A DNA stretch of 64,000 bases, taken from Solirubrobacterales bacterium (GTDB lineage: Bacteria > Actinomycetota > Thermoleophilia > Solirubrobacterales > 70-9). The stretch is taken from NCBI GenBank assembly GCA_033856515.1, contig JAWVEY010000008.1:52818-116817 (forward strand), written 5' to 3'. The stretch's first letter is position 1. Each line of letters begins with the position of its first letter. The notes beneath the pieces are model-generated. The model did not search any database and was not told where the DNA came from. It worked only from the letters and a program-made list of their open reading frames with translations. The position numbers and the translations under genes were made by a program. Below are positions 63,170 through 64,000 of this stretch, piece after piece.

Positions 63170-64000
63170 CTAGGCCGACGCCGCAGCCGCCAGCGCCTCA
63201 TCCAGCGACTCGATCCGCGGCTCGATCTCGTACATGTGGTGCCCTTCGCGCACGGCGTCGAGAGTCTTCAGGCCTTCGCCTGTGATGTAGGCCACGACGC
63301 GCTCGTCCCGCGAGATGTCGCCACGCTCGGCGAGTTTCGCCAGGGTTGCGACCGTGACGCCGCCGGCGGTCTCAGTGAAGATCCCCGTCGTCTCGGCGAG
63401 TAGGCGGATGCCTGCGCGGATCTCGTCGTCGGTCACCTGATCAATTCCACCGCCGGTCTGCTTCGCCAGCTCGAGCGCGTAGGGGCCATCGGCGGGATTG
63501 CCGATTGCCAGCGACTTGGCGATCGTGTCCGGCTTCTGCGGCTTGCATACGTCCCAGCCCTCGGCCCACGCGGTGGCGACCGGCGAGCAGCCGCTCGCCT
63601 GGGCGCCGTTGAACGTTGGCAGCTCGCCCGAAACTAGGCCAAGGTCGAGCCACTCGGTGAAGCCGCGGCCGATCTTCGTGAAGAGCGACCCCGACGCGAT
63701 CGGTGCGACGACGCGGTCCGGGAGCGTCCAACCAAGCTGCTCGACGGTCTCGTACGCGAGCGTCTTCGAGCCCTCCGCGTAGTACGGGCGCAGGTTCACG
63801 TTGACGAACGCCCAGGGACGCTCCTCGCACAGCTCGGTGCACAGCCGGTTGACGTCGTCGTAGTTGCCGTGGACGCCGACCAGGTTCGTCCCGTAGACGC
63901 CGGTGGCGAGAAGCTTTTGCTCCTCGAGATTTGCGGGCACGAAGACATAGGAGTCGAGGCCCGCCGCCGCGGCATGGGCAGCCACAGCGTTGGCGAGGTT
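63170..64000 (-). CDS. threonine synthase-like PLP enzyme, C-terminal part (runs off right edge)
   Basis: ...VFVPANLEEQKL...YYAEGSKTLAYE...NGAQASGCSPV...TETAGGVT is typical of the ThrC fold type II. The frame is open to position 64000. Confidence 0.85.
   Translation of the reverse strand, partial: NLANAVAAHAAAAGLDSYVFVPANLEEQKLLATGVYGTNLVGVHGNYDDVNRLCTELCEERPWAFVNVNLRPYYAEGSKTLAYETVEQLGWTLPDRVVAPIASGSLFTKIGRGFTEWLDLGLVSGELPTFNGAQASGCSPVATAWAEGWDVCKPQKPDTIAKSLAIGNPADGPYALELAKQTGGGIDQVTDDEIRAGIRLLAETTGIFTETAGGVTVATLAKLAERGDISRDERVVAYITGEGLKTLDAVREGHHMYEIEPRIESLDEALAAAASA

Overview
High-GC (by eye at least two-thirds G+C, not computed) actinobacterial-type chromosome segment. The gene order fits a deep-branching Actinomycetota lineage such as Thermoleophilia/Rubrobacteria; that is inference only. 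About 4.3-49.5 kb is conserved core genome, almost all on the minus strand: cinA-(epoxide hydrolase)-thpR-recA-recX, a Ser/Thr kinase, ftsK, an OmpR/HK two-component pair, rnj-dapA-(amidase)-dapB-M16 peptidase-pnp-rpsO-ribF-truB-nrnA-rbfA-DUF503-infB-nusA-rimP, dtd, coaBC-rpoZ-gmk-mihF, and a pyr operon (pyrR-pyrB-pyrC-carA-carB-pyrK-pyrD) with a PyrR-binding leader. Accessory-looking parts are 0.2-4.3 kb, 9-13.2 kb and 49.5-64 kb. No CRISPR array, rRNA, integrase, transposase or recognisable defence system is visible. There is one tRNA, tRNA-Arg(CCG). The most unusual signal is a family of ~25-30 nt hairpin repeats flanked by stop codons (minus-strand form (G)TAG-GCGCTTT-GGACGA-AAAGCRC). All copies share one orientation and bound a string of small unrelated accessory genes (DsrE-like, cupin, GNAT, two secreted proteins, three NTF2/SnoaL paralogues) downstream of recX and again at 10.7-11.7 kb. 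One copy truncates an inverted SnoaL-like gene fragment. The architecture resembles REP elements or a miniature cassette array, but no recombinase lies in the window. Other notable items: an RGG-repeat tail on PNPase; a ~260-aa acidic tail plus a Cys-rich knuckle on NusA, which is coupled directly to infB with no ylxR; a 76-nt module shared by the NusA tail and the IF-2 N-terminus; a secreted protein built from 15 x 30-nt decapeptide repeats; an FHA-LuxR fusion next to the kinase; and a ThiS-like GG-R sulfur carrier between a ThrC-like enzyme and CDP-sugar genes. Many long ORFs in the track are antisense GC-frame artefacts and are not reported as genes.
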